A stretch of DNA of 64,000 nucleotides from Eledone cirrhosa (Eukaryota): positions 43,028,001-43,092,000 of the forward strand of contig OZ024744.1 in the NCBI GenBank assembly GCA_964016885.1, given 5' to 3'. Shown here one piece after another: positions 1 through 11,551 of this stretch. Each line of letters starts with the position of its first letter. Position 1 is the stretch's first letter. The translations under genes and the position numbers were made by a program. The notes below the pieces were generated by a model. It was not told the origin of the DNA and searched no databases. It saw only the letters and a list, made by a program, of their open reading frames with translations.

Positions 1-2230
1 CCAACGCCCCACGACGCTGTCGGACGGCATGGACTTGCCTCTCCAGGTGCCGAGCTGCAAACACAACGACCTTTCCTGGTTTATCTTTGCTCCTGTCACC
101 GCTTCGTATTCCTTGAGAGCGGTGCCGAGCATCTGGACGTGTCTGGTGTTCGACACCACCACGGTGACGTCGTCAGCGTAAACCGACTCAGATTTCCCGC
201 ATCCTAGTTCGCGTGGGACGCCCCTCATCGCCCTCAGTTTGTGCAGTAACGGCTCGAGAGCCAATACGTCCAAGAGGCACGAGAGGGGACAACCCTGGCG
301 GACTGAGTGCATGATGCTGAACGGCTGCGACAGGTGACCGTTCACCCTCACAACTGAGCAGATGTCGCTGTACATTGCTGCGATTCAACCCCTGAAAACG
401 GGCCCGAAATCGGCTGCCGCGAGGACCGCCGCCAGGTACCGATGGTCGACCCTATCGAATGCTTTGGATTGATCCAAGTTGATCAGGGCACCACCCGTGC
501 CAGGTTGCTTAACCACCCTCTCTATGATATATCGCATGAGGTGGAGGTTGTCGTGTATGGATCTGTCCGGAATGGCGCACGTCTGCGCCTCTCCCACCAA
601 ACCCTTGACGACAAGCGCCAACCTCGTTGCTAACACCTTGGCCAAAATCTTGAACTCTGCGTTTAGCAGGGTTATGGGCCTGAAATTATCGATAACATCC
701 CCTTGTTCGGGTCTTTTCTCAGCAGCGCCACTGCTCCCCGGCTCACAAAGCTAGGAATGCTCCCGTTCTGCTGACAGTTTCAGTAGACGTCTGCCAAGAG
801 GTCACCGAACAAGTCTGGCATAAATGCATAAAGCTCGTAGGGCAGACCATCCAAACCTGGCGATTTACCCCTTGTGCAGTTAGCCATCGCTTCCCGTATT
901 TCACCGGCTGTTATTGGCTTTTCGCAACACTGTGCTGCGGTCGTCGAGAGCTGAGGCAGTCCGTCGAGGTATGCACTGAAGTCCATGCCCCGGTCCTGGC
1001 CGCCGCCGCTCCCGAACAGTTCAGCAAAGTGCTGCTGAAAAGCTTCACACATCCGCTCGGGTTCGAGCATCACGCACCCGTTTTGGTCAGACAAAGACCG
1101 AATTGTGGCTTTGTTGCCACGTCGCGGCTCTGCCACCCAGGCCCATTGGACGGCTTTCGTCCCCTCGTGTTTCAGAGCACGCACTCTAGCTCTGACAACG
1201 CAGCCTTCGTGTTTTGCGTTGAAGAATTGGTCGAGTGCCAATCTCGTCGCAAGCACGTCGGTTGCGATGCCTGTCCTAAACGCCTCTTCTAGCTTTCTGA
1301 CTAGCTCTCCCTCTACTCTATTTTCCTCTATCACTACTCCTTTGCTAAACCTAATCGACTCTACTTTAATTGCCCTTTTCAGGGCGAACCACCATCTGTT
1401 GTTGACGACCGCTCCCGTCAACGCCCGCTTAACTAATACGCTAATCCGGTCTCTGTAGGCTTTGCGCACCGGGAAAGAGGCGTTCAGCTTCCAGTAACTA
1501 GGCCCTTGTCTATGAAGTCTGTCTATATCGATCTCATAGATCACAAATTTGTAGTCTGTGTAGTCGACTATTTTAAATTGTGGACAACTTATACTAGCCT
1601 TATCTAGTTCTCTGCAGAATACCATATCGGGATACGATCTGGATGACCCGATGCGGTTTGTCCATGTCCACATTGGCACATTCGGGTGATCCAATCGATA
1701 CCTGTCAGACAGTTCAAAACGTCTGAGCAGGTTGGTGAGACTCTTGCACCCTCCTCCCCTATCCAGTAGCCCCAAACAATCCCAGCGTGCATCCAAGATA
1801 CTGTTCCAGTCGCCCACTAAAACTAAAGAGCGGGACGTTCTAAGAAAGGTCTCTAGACGTCTGAAGAAATCTGGTCGTCCTGCCCCTGTTGGGGCGTAGA
1901 CGGCTACTAGCCTGAAAGCATTGCCTTCGCTGCTGGTCACGTCCAGCACCACCGACTTTCCTTCTGGGTCTAGGAAGATGGCTCGTATCGCGAGATCCAA
2001 GCCTCTCCGAAAAAGGACGGCAACCCCTCCCCCGATCCTGGACGGTTGGGAGATGCGTATACATCGTAGCCGTCGAAGATCGGTGCGAAGGCTTGTGCTT
2101 CGGAGATTCTGGTTTCACTGATGGTCACCACATATATGTTTAGTGACCTGAGGTCGTTGAGCAGGTGACCCTGCTTCCAAGATGACCCCAGGCCACGTGC
2201 ATTTATACTACCTATTCTGAGTACGGCCAT
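1..2230 (-). pseudogene. Tx1-like ORF2 (APE endonuclease + reverse transcriptase) with frameshifts and stops
   Basis: APE motifs: IGSINARGL (starts 2230), VYAP, LVGDWN, WTW, WKLN. RT motifs: GKSPGLDGLPYELY, LAKVLATRL, LDQSKAFDRVDH, then after a TGA at 385-387, SVRQGCPLS and VYADDVT (~165-185). Confidence 0.92.
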
Positions 2231-2338
2231 GTTGGATGAGAAACGGGGCAAGTGAGAAAGGGTCACTTACCTTGATCGTGTGGTGAAGGGACAGTAGAAC
2301 CGTCCCTTTCGCTGGTCATGGGTGTTTCCAAGAGGATG

Positions 2339-4361
2339 TCAGTGTATATCCTCTTGGTAACCGAGCCTCTGAAGTCTCCAACTGCGTTGGGGAATTTTTG
2401 TTTTAAAGGTTTGTACTGTTCTATTGAGATTTCGATGATGCTTATGTTTGTCGGGAGAGTTCTTGGTATTGGTGGGGTGTAGTAGTTTTTTTCTGTGATG
2501 TCTGTGTGCTGCTTTATATATTGTATGAGTTCTTTTTTTGCCATGTTTATGGCTGTGTACTTTTTGGGGGGAGGGGTGAATTTGTTGCTGTTTTCTTCTT
2601 GTTGCTGTTTGGTGTGTGTGTCTTGTTGTTTGCGTTGTTGGTGTTTTTGGTGATGCTGGTGGTGGTGTGGTTGTTGTTGTCAGTGGTGCTTGTGGTGGTG
2701 ATGGTGGTGGTGTTGCTGCAAGTTTCCTTGCTGCCTTTACCCCTCTTTGTATGCCTTCGCTTTTGGAGGGTGAATCTAAGGGGTTTTTCGTTTTTTGTTT
2801 TTTGTGGCAGACCGTTTGCCACTTCACTCCCGCCTCAAACTCCATGTCGGATTCTGTGGCATCTGGGAGGGGTATGTGCTCCACGGCTGTTGGTGGTGGT
2901 AGTGGAGCCCTCTTCGGCAATTTTGTTGCTGGTGTAGCTACTTCAAATGTAGCTATGGGTGTTGCCGCCACTGATGATGCTGCTTTAGATGTCCGTGGCC
3001 TTGGTACGGGTGCTACGGACGTTGCCCTCCTACTCACCGTGGAAGGGGCTTCTTCGTTTGTTGCCTGCCCTGCTCTTGGTAGCAGCGGACCAGGTTTCGG
3101 AAGGAGAGGGGCCGTCTTCGCAGTCTTCTGCGGGCAAAAGGCCCTGAGGTGACCCTTCGACCCACAGAGATAACATTTTGGCCGTCTTCCTTCTACACTT
3201 ATAGGGAGTTGGAGTCCTTCCTCGATGTCTATGATATCGGGGATAGCGTCGATACATTCCTGGTCAGTTTGTATAAGCATTTGCATGCCTATACCTGACC
3301 AAGTCTCTCTCCCTATCTTTTCTACTTGCAGCATGGTCATCCTGTTCTCGATTCCAGCAAGGACAGACGCGGCCAGCCAAGGTATGGGCACGTCGGGTGG
3401 GACCTGGGTCACTTTGACCCTCACAATTTTCTGCCCGCAGTAGGAGGGCACCAAAACTATCTCCTCATTCTTTAGGGTTTCCAAAGAGTGAGACTTTGCT
3501 ACCTGGGGAGGGGGCGAAAAGTACGTCTACTGTGGCGTACTTTCTGCCTCGGGTGATGTGGGTTTTGCGTGACCAGACGCACCCCAAGGCCTTTTGGATT
3601 TGAGCCTCGATGGCTCTCTCCACCCGATGTGAGATTTTTCTTACGCTGCGGTAAGTCACCGTCCGTAGCTGCTGGTCCTTGAAAAAATCGGGTGGAGGTT
3701 TCAGGGAGACTCTATTTGCGCTTCTTGTCACCATGGCCCTTGCGACTGTCATCTCCTCCTCTGTGACTAACACTGTCTCGATATTTCGGGCGACACCTGC
3801 AAAAGAAGTGGTCCCTTTTTCAGCAGCACCACTATTGCTGCCGCTACTGGTCTTACGGGTGGTGCTGAGATCGCTATTACAGGTATCGGTGTCATTGTTG
3901 TTGTTTTCGTTGGTACAGTTGTTGGTGTTGTTGTTGTTGTTTTAGTTGATACTGTTGCTGTTGTTACTGTTATTGTGGCTGTTGTTATTATTGTTGTTTT
4001 TGTTGATACTGTTCCTACTATTATTGTTGTTGTGGCTGTTGTTATTGTCGTTCTCGACCTTACCGCTGTTATTTTTGTTATTGTCGTTCTCGACCTTACC
4101 GCTGTTATTTTTGTTATTGTCGTTCTCGACTTTACCGCTGTTATTTTTGGTGTTGTTGTTGGTGATGTTGTTGGTGTTATTGTTGGTGTTGTTTGTGTTA
4201 GAAATATTTGTTAATTTTAAATCTGTAACAATCTTCTTTTCCTTTGTAATATTTTCGTTTATATTTACCTCAGCTGGAACGCTGTCTTATTGACATGCTG
4301 ATAAAGTCTCCCTCTCTCTGTGTTGTCTGACAGCGCTCTCTCTCTTTCTTGTGTTATCCAT
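2339..4361 (-). pseudogene. Tx1-like ORF1 (gag-like, zinc knuckle) with Asn-rich N-terminus, disrupted
   Basis: ORF 2339..3484 contains VEGRRPKCYLCGSKGHLRAFCP (CCHC). Upstream pieces are 3465..3773 and an Asn-rich frame back to an ATG at 4361, with internal stops. Confidence 0.75.
4041..4148. repeat. 36-bp tandem repeat x3
   Basis: Unit gttattgtcgttctcgaccttaccgctgttattttt occurs three times; it encodes KNNSGKVENDNN on the - strand. Confidence 0.85.
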
Positions 4362-4929
4362 GTTGAAATTTTTCAAAAAAATATTTTTACACAAATACGA
4401 ATACAACACCCTGTAAAGGGCTGCCGTATTATTTACTAGTGAACCCCTGTATTAGGTGGGTCAATTCTTCTAAACTTTTATCAAATTTAAAACTTGAATA
4501 AAAGGTTTAGAACGGTTGAAAATCAAAAAATCAAAATCAAAACAGCACAGCAGCAACGAAAAACGTAAAGAAAAGGAAAAACAAAAGAAAAACAAACAGA
4601 CAGACAAGCAAAAAAACTAAGTCAGACATTCAAACATTACATTACAATGACACTTATGCTTATTTTGGGGGGTTTTTACCTATTTGTTTGTTTGTTTATT
4701 TATGTTCGTCTACAGTGTGATAGTGCCAGGCTAAAATCACCGAGGGTGATCAAATCACCGGAGGTTATGTAACCATACATTCACCAATCCTCGATAAGAG
4801 TGTTTAAATGTCGAACCTAAACAGTTCGAATAACGGTGAAGTGGAGACTGGAATGTCATGTGACAGACTCTCACTCAGCAGGTGCTCCCTGGCCTAGCAG
4901 CAGGTAACTGCTGGTGCTGGAGGAAGAAG

Positions 4930-5776
4930 AAGGAAAGGGACCAGAACCAACTGGACGAAAGAATTAAATAGAACTGTTATGCAATGTTACCTGAAGAGTA
5001 ACCCCAAGGAAAAAGGCTATAGGAAACGAATGCATAACATCTGGAACAAGATTGGTCTATTTAAATTAGATGAACAAAAATTGGCCGAGCAGGCTCGGGT
5101 AATAAGAACTAATAGGTGGATAAGCGAGCTGGAACTGGAGGAACTGAGCAGAGAGATTAGGTTGGAAATGGAGAGTGGAGTATGCCAGGCAAATGAGCCA
5201 GTGGGAAATGAAGGTGAAGAGGTTAAGAGAACGGAGGAACGATCCGAAGCAGACAATGATCTGAATGCTGAAATAAATATTACCTGGAACAAAGATACGA
5301 CCATTGAGGAGATGAATGCTGACGGGCTAGGACAAGATTTGGTTGATATCCTAAACTTAGTGGTAGATGAAATGAACAATGATAGTGTGAAACCTATGAA
5401 CCTAAGATTTGTAGACAGGAAAAAGTTAAAAGAAAAAACAGCTAAGGTAAACAAAGTCATCCCATACCTTGAGTCGAGGAGCCTTCACCAGTGCAACAAT
5501 ATCCTCAAAGCAACAGCAAATGCGGTGAGGAAATTACTTGGCATAAAAGTGAGAGGAAACAGCAAACAAGAAAAATCAGAACCTTGGTGGAATAAACGAC
5601 TGAATAGTCAAATCAGGGAAATGAGAAATGACATTGGAAAGCTTGAGTCCCTACTGAATGGGACACTACAAAACATAGACACTAAAAATAGACTGGAAAT
5701 AAAGTACAAAACTAGGAGGAAAAGGCTAAATATTATCATAGAGGAACTGAAGCAACGTATTGTAGCAATATCATGA
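4930..5776 (+). pseudogene. N-terminal fragment of a Dong/R4-like (RLE) non-LTR retrotransposon ORF
   Basis: RTNWTKELNRTVMQCY..GYRKRMHNIW..EQKLAEQARVIR..WISELELEE and PWWNKRL match my recall of R4/Dong N-terminal regions. Truncated before RT. Confidence 0.7.
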
Positions 5777-5870
5777 CTCATACACAGTTCACTTCCCTGA
5801 CATTTGTATATTATTCTATGTACTATACATGCACCTTTGACGAGTTGTAGTGCACCTGAGCACTTTACAG

Positions 5871-6062
5871 GTGGATTGGCAGTATCGGTAGAGGGTCGGA
5901 CGCCATGATTTGCAGCAAAGAGTTACGGCCCTTTATGATCTGAGTTCAAATCCCACCGAGGTTAATTTTGCCTGTCATCCTTACGGGGTTGATAAAATAA
6001 AGTACCAGTAATACATTGAGATAATTGCTGGCATTGTGCCAAAAGTAGAAACAATTATTATT
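5871..6062 (+). mobile_element. tRNA-derived SINE, full length
   Basis: A-box-like tggcagtatcggt, B-box gagttcaaatccc, 3' end gtgccaaaagtagaaacaattatta. Several near-identical copies occur elsewhere in the window. Confidence 0.88.
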
Positions 6063-7072
6063 ATATTATTTAGAACCTAACACAGACACTCAAAAAGGTA
6101 CCAACGGAGAAACACACCCAAACAGGGAGTCAATAAAGTTATATACAACCCCATATACCTATATGTATACATCAACATACACATAACACCAACATCACTT
6201 ATATATGTACACACTATTTTATACATCAGCTCCACCATACTACACATTACATAAACTTCCATGTATACAAATATACAATTTAATGTCGATTTGATGTTAA
6301 TGTTGAAACACGTGTAATAGTTTTCTGTACAGACTAACTTTCGATATACCATTTGTTGGTGTGTCTGACTCAGAGATAAAGTTCTTAACTGGAATAAGTA
6401 AGGATGAAAATAATAAGAAACCTTTTCCTTTACCACCATTCCAATATTCCTAAGTATCGAGGTCAATAAAATATTTCTCCTGGATTATGTTAGGGAGTTT
6501 GTAATATAAAGTTTGATATACTTGACAGAATTAAGTCGTTTATAAGTTAATGTTAAAAACCTTAAATAAATTACTGTACAATTTAATAGTTAAAATGTTT
6601 AAATTCACACGTTTTAAAAGTACGTTTAGGCTTGATTGGTGAACTAAGAGGAGATTCAGTGGAACGGTCATCGGGAAAATATATTGAGAATATTAGCAAA
6701 CTTATATATGTAGAGGAAAATAACAAGTCAAACGAAATAAAGTAATGTCTTACCCAATATATATCAATATAATATTTTAGAGGTAATACCTTTTCTTGAA
6801 TTGTGAAGCAGAGACGGTTCGAAACAATAACAAATGATCTATCTGTTCTTCTTTAACTGGCCTATATGTGTGTTTGGGAGTCTGGGACCACCCGTGTAAC
6901 CTCTCATAGTTGAAGAAGTGTTGATCTACAGTCGGGATCTGATTGATCAAACCCGAGCTGATCGTTATAGAATGAATTGTAATACGAAATAATGTCTCAT
7001 GCGAAGCTACAATTCTTATTGTCACTCTTTCCCTCCCCACCCCTCTCTCTCTCTTTCTTTATTCATATATGT

Positions 7073-7128
<56 letters not shown>

Positions 7129-7210
7129 TCACACACACATATATATAGACATATATATATACACACACATATATCTATATCTCTATATATATACACATCC
7201 ACAGACACAA

Positions 7211-7323
<113 letters not shown>

Positions 7324-8400
7324 ATGTTGAAAAGGTAACACACCAGAGAGAGATATACAGTGCGTTATCAATAAAACAGGGGAAAAAATCACCAGTGTAT
7401 GGAATCTATAACCTATGAAATGCAGACTATAGACACGATAATTAGAAATATAAATTAAAGCGTAAATAAATACCTCTATAACTATATAACACACCTACAA
7501 ATCCAAAGATACTAATCCAAAGATACTAATCCAAAGATATGTTTCACCAGTAATTTGTTGAAAGAAATGGGTTAGCCTCGGTTCATCAGCGTGTGTAAGG
7601 CTATACATTTCAGACAACACTAAGAGACTTTTAAAATTGACTGTCCAGCTACACCTGGGAGAGAGAAGTCACAGCGTGTTTAAGGGCAGTGAACCAGTGG
7701 CCTCTGAGGGACGAACTGATAGAAAGGGCAGCCCAAAGCCACTCAGAGAAGTGTGCTCAACCAAACAGAGATAGGATAGACTGTTATTAGGAGCGAAATA
7801 TCACGATAAATTAACGGAGGCATAGGCCCTCGCTATTCCCTGTAAATAATGCGCTCAAAGGAGAAGAAATCCTGAGCTCTTTAAAATACAATATGTTGAA
7901 AAGGTAACACACCAGAGAGAGATACATTTCAGACAACACTAAGAGAATTTTAAAATTGACTGTCCAGCTACATTCCAATATATATATTTATATATATATA
8001 TTTTTAACACATTACTACTGCTGGGATCCCGCCCGCTGGCTAGAACAAAATACCTGTTGACGAAGTGGCAGGCTTGTTCGATCATTATACCAAAAGCTTA
8101 ATATGGAAGCAGTCAGTATAATTGATTTAGGTGTCGCAGAAACCTTTCATTGGATTATACCATCAATTCCAGGGATCCAGGTAAATTCTTTCGTTTGACC
8201 TGTTTAGCTTGCTTTGTTTTTTTTTGGCTTCGGTGGCTAATGGTTTCTTGACCGCCGTTTTCAGTTTGTTTGGCCTCTATAACCTATGTTTATTACTCTG
8301 GTCTTCTTTTAGTCAATTGAGCGCTTGACGCATATCTCGAAAATTGCGTTTCGCTTTGTTTTTGACCACTGCCGAAATTCGATCTCGCTGAAATTATATT

Positions 8401-8442
<42 letters not shown>

Positions 8443-8446
<4 letters not shown>

Positions 8447-8791
8447 AATTATTGGAGTAAATATACAATATATTAACAAATGTAAACTATATTTATAAAA
8501 CCATATTTATTTCATTATACATATTTCAAGGGCCACCAAGGCAAACTATGGTGCGCTTTCATCAGATAAAATATAATATAGGTTAGTTTTATAAATAAAT
8601 ATTGACATACCCTGAAAATATGCAACCATTCTATCAAGGAGATTCCAACCAGAATGGTTGCATTTTTTTAGGGTATGTCAATATTTATTTATAAAACTAA
8701 CCTATATTATATTTTATCTGATGAAAGCGCACCATGGTTTTATAAATATAGTTTACATTTGTTAATATATTGTATATTTACTCCAATAATT

Positions 8792-8795
<4 letters not shown>
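8443..8795. repeat. Fold-back inverted duplication of an HHR-bearing pLTR-like sequence
   Basis: Arms ~8443-8632 and ~8651-8795 flank a short spacer. The right arm lacks ~50 bp of the HHR. Flanked by (TA)n. Confidence 0.85.
8508..8573 (-). ncRNA. Type I hammerhead ribozyme motif (family A)
   Basis: - strand: tattttat CTGATGA aagcgcacca..tggtggccctt GAAA tatgtat A atgaaata. Stem I 8 bp, AUA site. Confidence 0.8.
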
Positions 8796-8864
<69 letters not shown>

Positions 8865-8899
8865 ATATATATATAAATATAGTTTCCATTTGTTAATAT

Positions 8900-8987
<88 letters not shown>

Positions 8988-9389
8988 AAGTCGTAGTTCC
9001 TGTCTGTTTGTTTGTTCACGAACTCCTATGGTTTGGGAGATAGATCCCCATGTGTTCTAAAACTACATTCCCCAGGGTACTTGGAGAAGTATATTTCATT
9101 TTAATCAAAGTGTTCCCCGGGGGCACAAACCCCCGCAGAAAATGTTTTCCTTTCGATTTATATGAAATTTAAACCATAGGTAAATGACAAGATATGATGG
9201 CTATTCACAAAAGTTTTGAATTGATATTTTGAAAAAATTATTTACAAGAAACAAAATAAGAATAAAATTTAATAATGTAATTTTGATTTGATATATTACA
9301 AAAAATGTTTTCCAATTTTTCATGCATTACATTTTACATCATTTTCTTACAAAAAAAATGTGAAACACAGCAAGGTGCGTGTAATGAGG

Positions 9390-9426
<37 letters not shown>

Positions 9427-9531
9427 TTGCATGAGATTTCAACATGAATGAACCTATTATTTTTATCTAAAGACATGTTTTCCAATTCCATTTCGCCCGT
9501 ACTCTTAATCTATTTTATTTCTCATTCTTTC

Positions 9532-9563
9532 TTCTGATGAAGGACTAGCGTCCGAAACGTTAA
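9532..9563 (+). ncRNA. Minimal hammerhead-like motif with weak stem I
   Basis: CTGATGA a ggac-tagc-gtcc GAAAC GTT. Palindromic ACGT stem III; stem I only ~2 bp. Confidence 0.45.
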
Positions 9564-9620
9564 CCTAATATATACCTTCCATATACTGTACCGATTGTGT
9601 TGTTATTTCTGTTTACCTTT

Positions 9621-9659
<39 letters not shown>

Positions 9660-9665
<6 letters not shown>

Positions 9666-9891
9666 GAGACGCCTCACGCTCCTTGATAGAACGCCGGTTA
9701 GGAACGCCAGAAAGAAAAGACAGACAGCCACTGGAAAGCCGACTGATCACACGCCAGAAACCAGCCTCTGTACCACACCATTGTTTGTGCTACATCAAAA
9801 AATAAACGTATATTTCATCTCTAATTTCTGCTGTTGAAATAATTATTATGTCACTCGTATCTCGATAACATCTACAACTAGTACTGCTAAA
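9660..9891 (+). repeat. 5' LTR
   Basis: Starts TGTAG, contains AATAAA, and is a direct repeat of 14940-15171. Confidence 0.93.
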
Positions 9892-9892
9892 G

Positions 9893-9905
9893 TGGTGACC
9901 GACGT
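9893..9905 (+). promoter_or_regulatory. Primer-binding site, tRNA-Trp-like
   Basis: TGGTGACCGACGT lies 1 nt after the LTR. It resembles the tRNA-Trp complement TGGTGACCCCGACGT with two C missing. Confidence 0.7.
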
Positions 9906-10771
9906 AAGAATTTAACGCAGCCCTTCGTTTTCATTCAATTGACCTTTTATTGTCACATTGTCGGCCCTTTTTTTTTGAAACTTGCGAAAATAAAAAATAT
10001 TCCTTTTAAAATTATCGAAAAATTAGTAGTATTTCAAAAACTTTTTGCTACACTCGAGAACAACAACGACAGCAGCATCAGCGACAACATTGTTTAACCA
10101 CTGACCAAAACAGGGAATAGTGAGTGGCAGCTTCATAGCCTTACCGACGCAAACCACCACACATCGGAAATATCAAAACGATTCATTCGTGTCGATAATT
10201 TTTTTATTCACTTGAATATTCCATTTCCGTTGCCAACTTTTTCGCAACTTACAGAAGAAAAAAGAAAAAAGTGTATTTTTCCAAGGTGGCGTTGCGTTCC
10301 TTCCCAGTTTTGTAACGGACACATTTTTTGAATTGCGTATGTGTTCCATGACTGATCAAGAGAGAAGAGACTAAACTTTTATTGTGAACATAACTGCCCC
10401 GCATGGGGATATACATGCCTTACCTTTTTCTAAGGGATTTTTAGCCACTGGCTACCTTTGTTGGTATCCAACGCGGATATATTTAAAAAAAACAAAAACA
10501 AAAAAAAAACATTTTTTTTTTCTTCCTCTTTGATTTGGCTGGTTCGTTGAAGCAACGCGAAGGGACAGACGTTGAAGGAACATTTTTTTTTTAAAAGATA
10601 TATATCTGTATTTTATGTATTTTGCATATTTCCTTATGTTTTGAATGTCTGTTTCTTTTTGCCCTTTAACTTTTTCTCAATATTGGCTGTTCTCTTTTTA
10701 CTGTACAAGGGTACATTAATTGCTCTTTAGATATATAGGTATATATATTTGTTTTAATTTTAAAAGTTGAC

Positions 10772-11551
10772 ATGAATGTACCACATTTGCCCGCCTTTAC
10801 TGGAAAACCTAAGATGTGGTTTGCCCAGTTACAGGCGTATTTTACGGTCTGTAAGACCGAATCTGACCAGCGCCTCGCTGTACTGATTAGCGGCCTTCCC
10901 CCTAATCTAGCAGATTCGGTCCAAGACCTAATTACAGACCCCCCCCCCTCTGACTTGACGTATGAGTTTTTGAAGGGCGAGATTTTGAGGAGGAATTGTA
11001 AGTCGGTAGAGAGTCGTTTTCGGTCACTGATCGAGGACGAACGATTAGGTGACAGGACCCCTACCGCTTTTCTCCGGCATTTGCGGGATTTGAGGGATTC
11101 CCAAGATCAGGATAGCCCTTTCCTGAAGCAATTGTTCTTCTCTCGCCTACCTCAAGAGGTACAGGCGATCCTAGCCCATATGCTAGAGGTGAATACCCTG
11201 GATCACATTGCTGTCTCTGCTGACAAAATTGTAGAGGTGACGAAGAGAGACACTTCGAAGCCAAAGTACGTTGCTTCCTCTTCTCTTCCTCAATCACGCT
11301 CATCAGCGTCTGATGACAAATTAATCACCACAATGGAAGCCATGACTCGTCAAATGGCGGAGTTGTGCACGGAATTCAGGTCCTTTGGACGGCAGAGGAG
11401 ACGCTCACGACGTTATTCAACTTCTCGCCACCGTAGCCCTTCCAACACACCAGGAACACCATATTGTTATTACCATGAAAGATATGGTAAAAAAGCCGCC
11501 CGTTGTAGGCCTCCTTGTACTTACGAGGGAAAAGACGACCAGAGTCACTAA
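10772..11551 (+). CDS. gag: Gag, CsRn1-type
   Basis: [33 protein letters not shown] and the [22 protein letters not shown] motif; ORF is intact. Confidence 0.88.
   Translation: MNVPHLPAFTGKPKMWFAQLQAYFTVCKTESDQRLAVLISGLPPNLADSVQDLITDPPPSDLTYEFLKGEILRRNCKSVESRFRSLIEDERLGDRTPTAFLRHLRDLRDSQDQDSPFLKQLFFSRLPQEVQAILAHMLEVNTLDHIAVSADKIVEVTKRDTSKPKYVASSSLPQSRSSASDDKLITTMEAMTRQMAELCTEFRSFGRQRRRSRRYSTSRHRSPSNTPGTPYCYYHERYGKKAARCRPPCTYEGKDDQSH

Larger units (their letters stand above)
1..4620 (-). mobile_element. Tx1/L1-clade non-LTR retrotransposon, degenerate, running off the window start
   Basis: ORF1 with a CCHC knuckle is followed by an ORF2 with APE endonuclease and RT motifs. The 5' boundary is approximate. 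Confidence 0.88.

Noticed and set aside
3679-4293. Hydrophobic Leu/Val-rich + strand ORFs resembling membrane proteins
   Set aside because: They are the antisense reading of the Asn-rich Tx1 ORF1 region.
5871-5960. tRNA gene
   Set aside because: The A/B boxes belong to a SINE head followed by SINE body and tail; no clean cloverleaf.
7355-7605. Spliced intron explaining the fused copy at 7886-7972
   Set aside because: No GT-AG boundaries on either strand; microhomology explains the junction.
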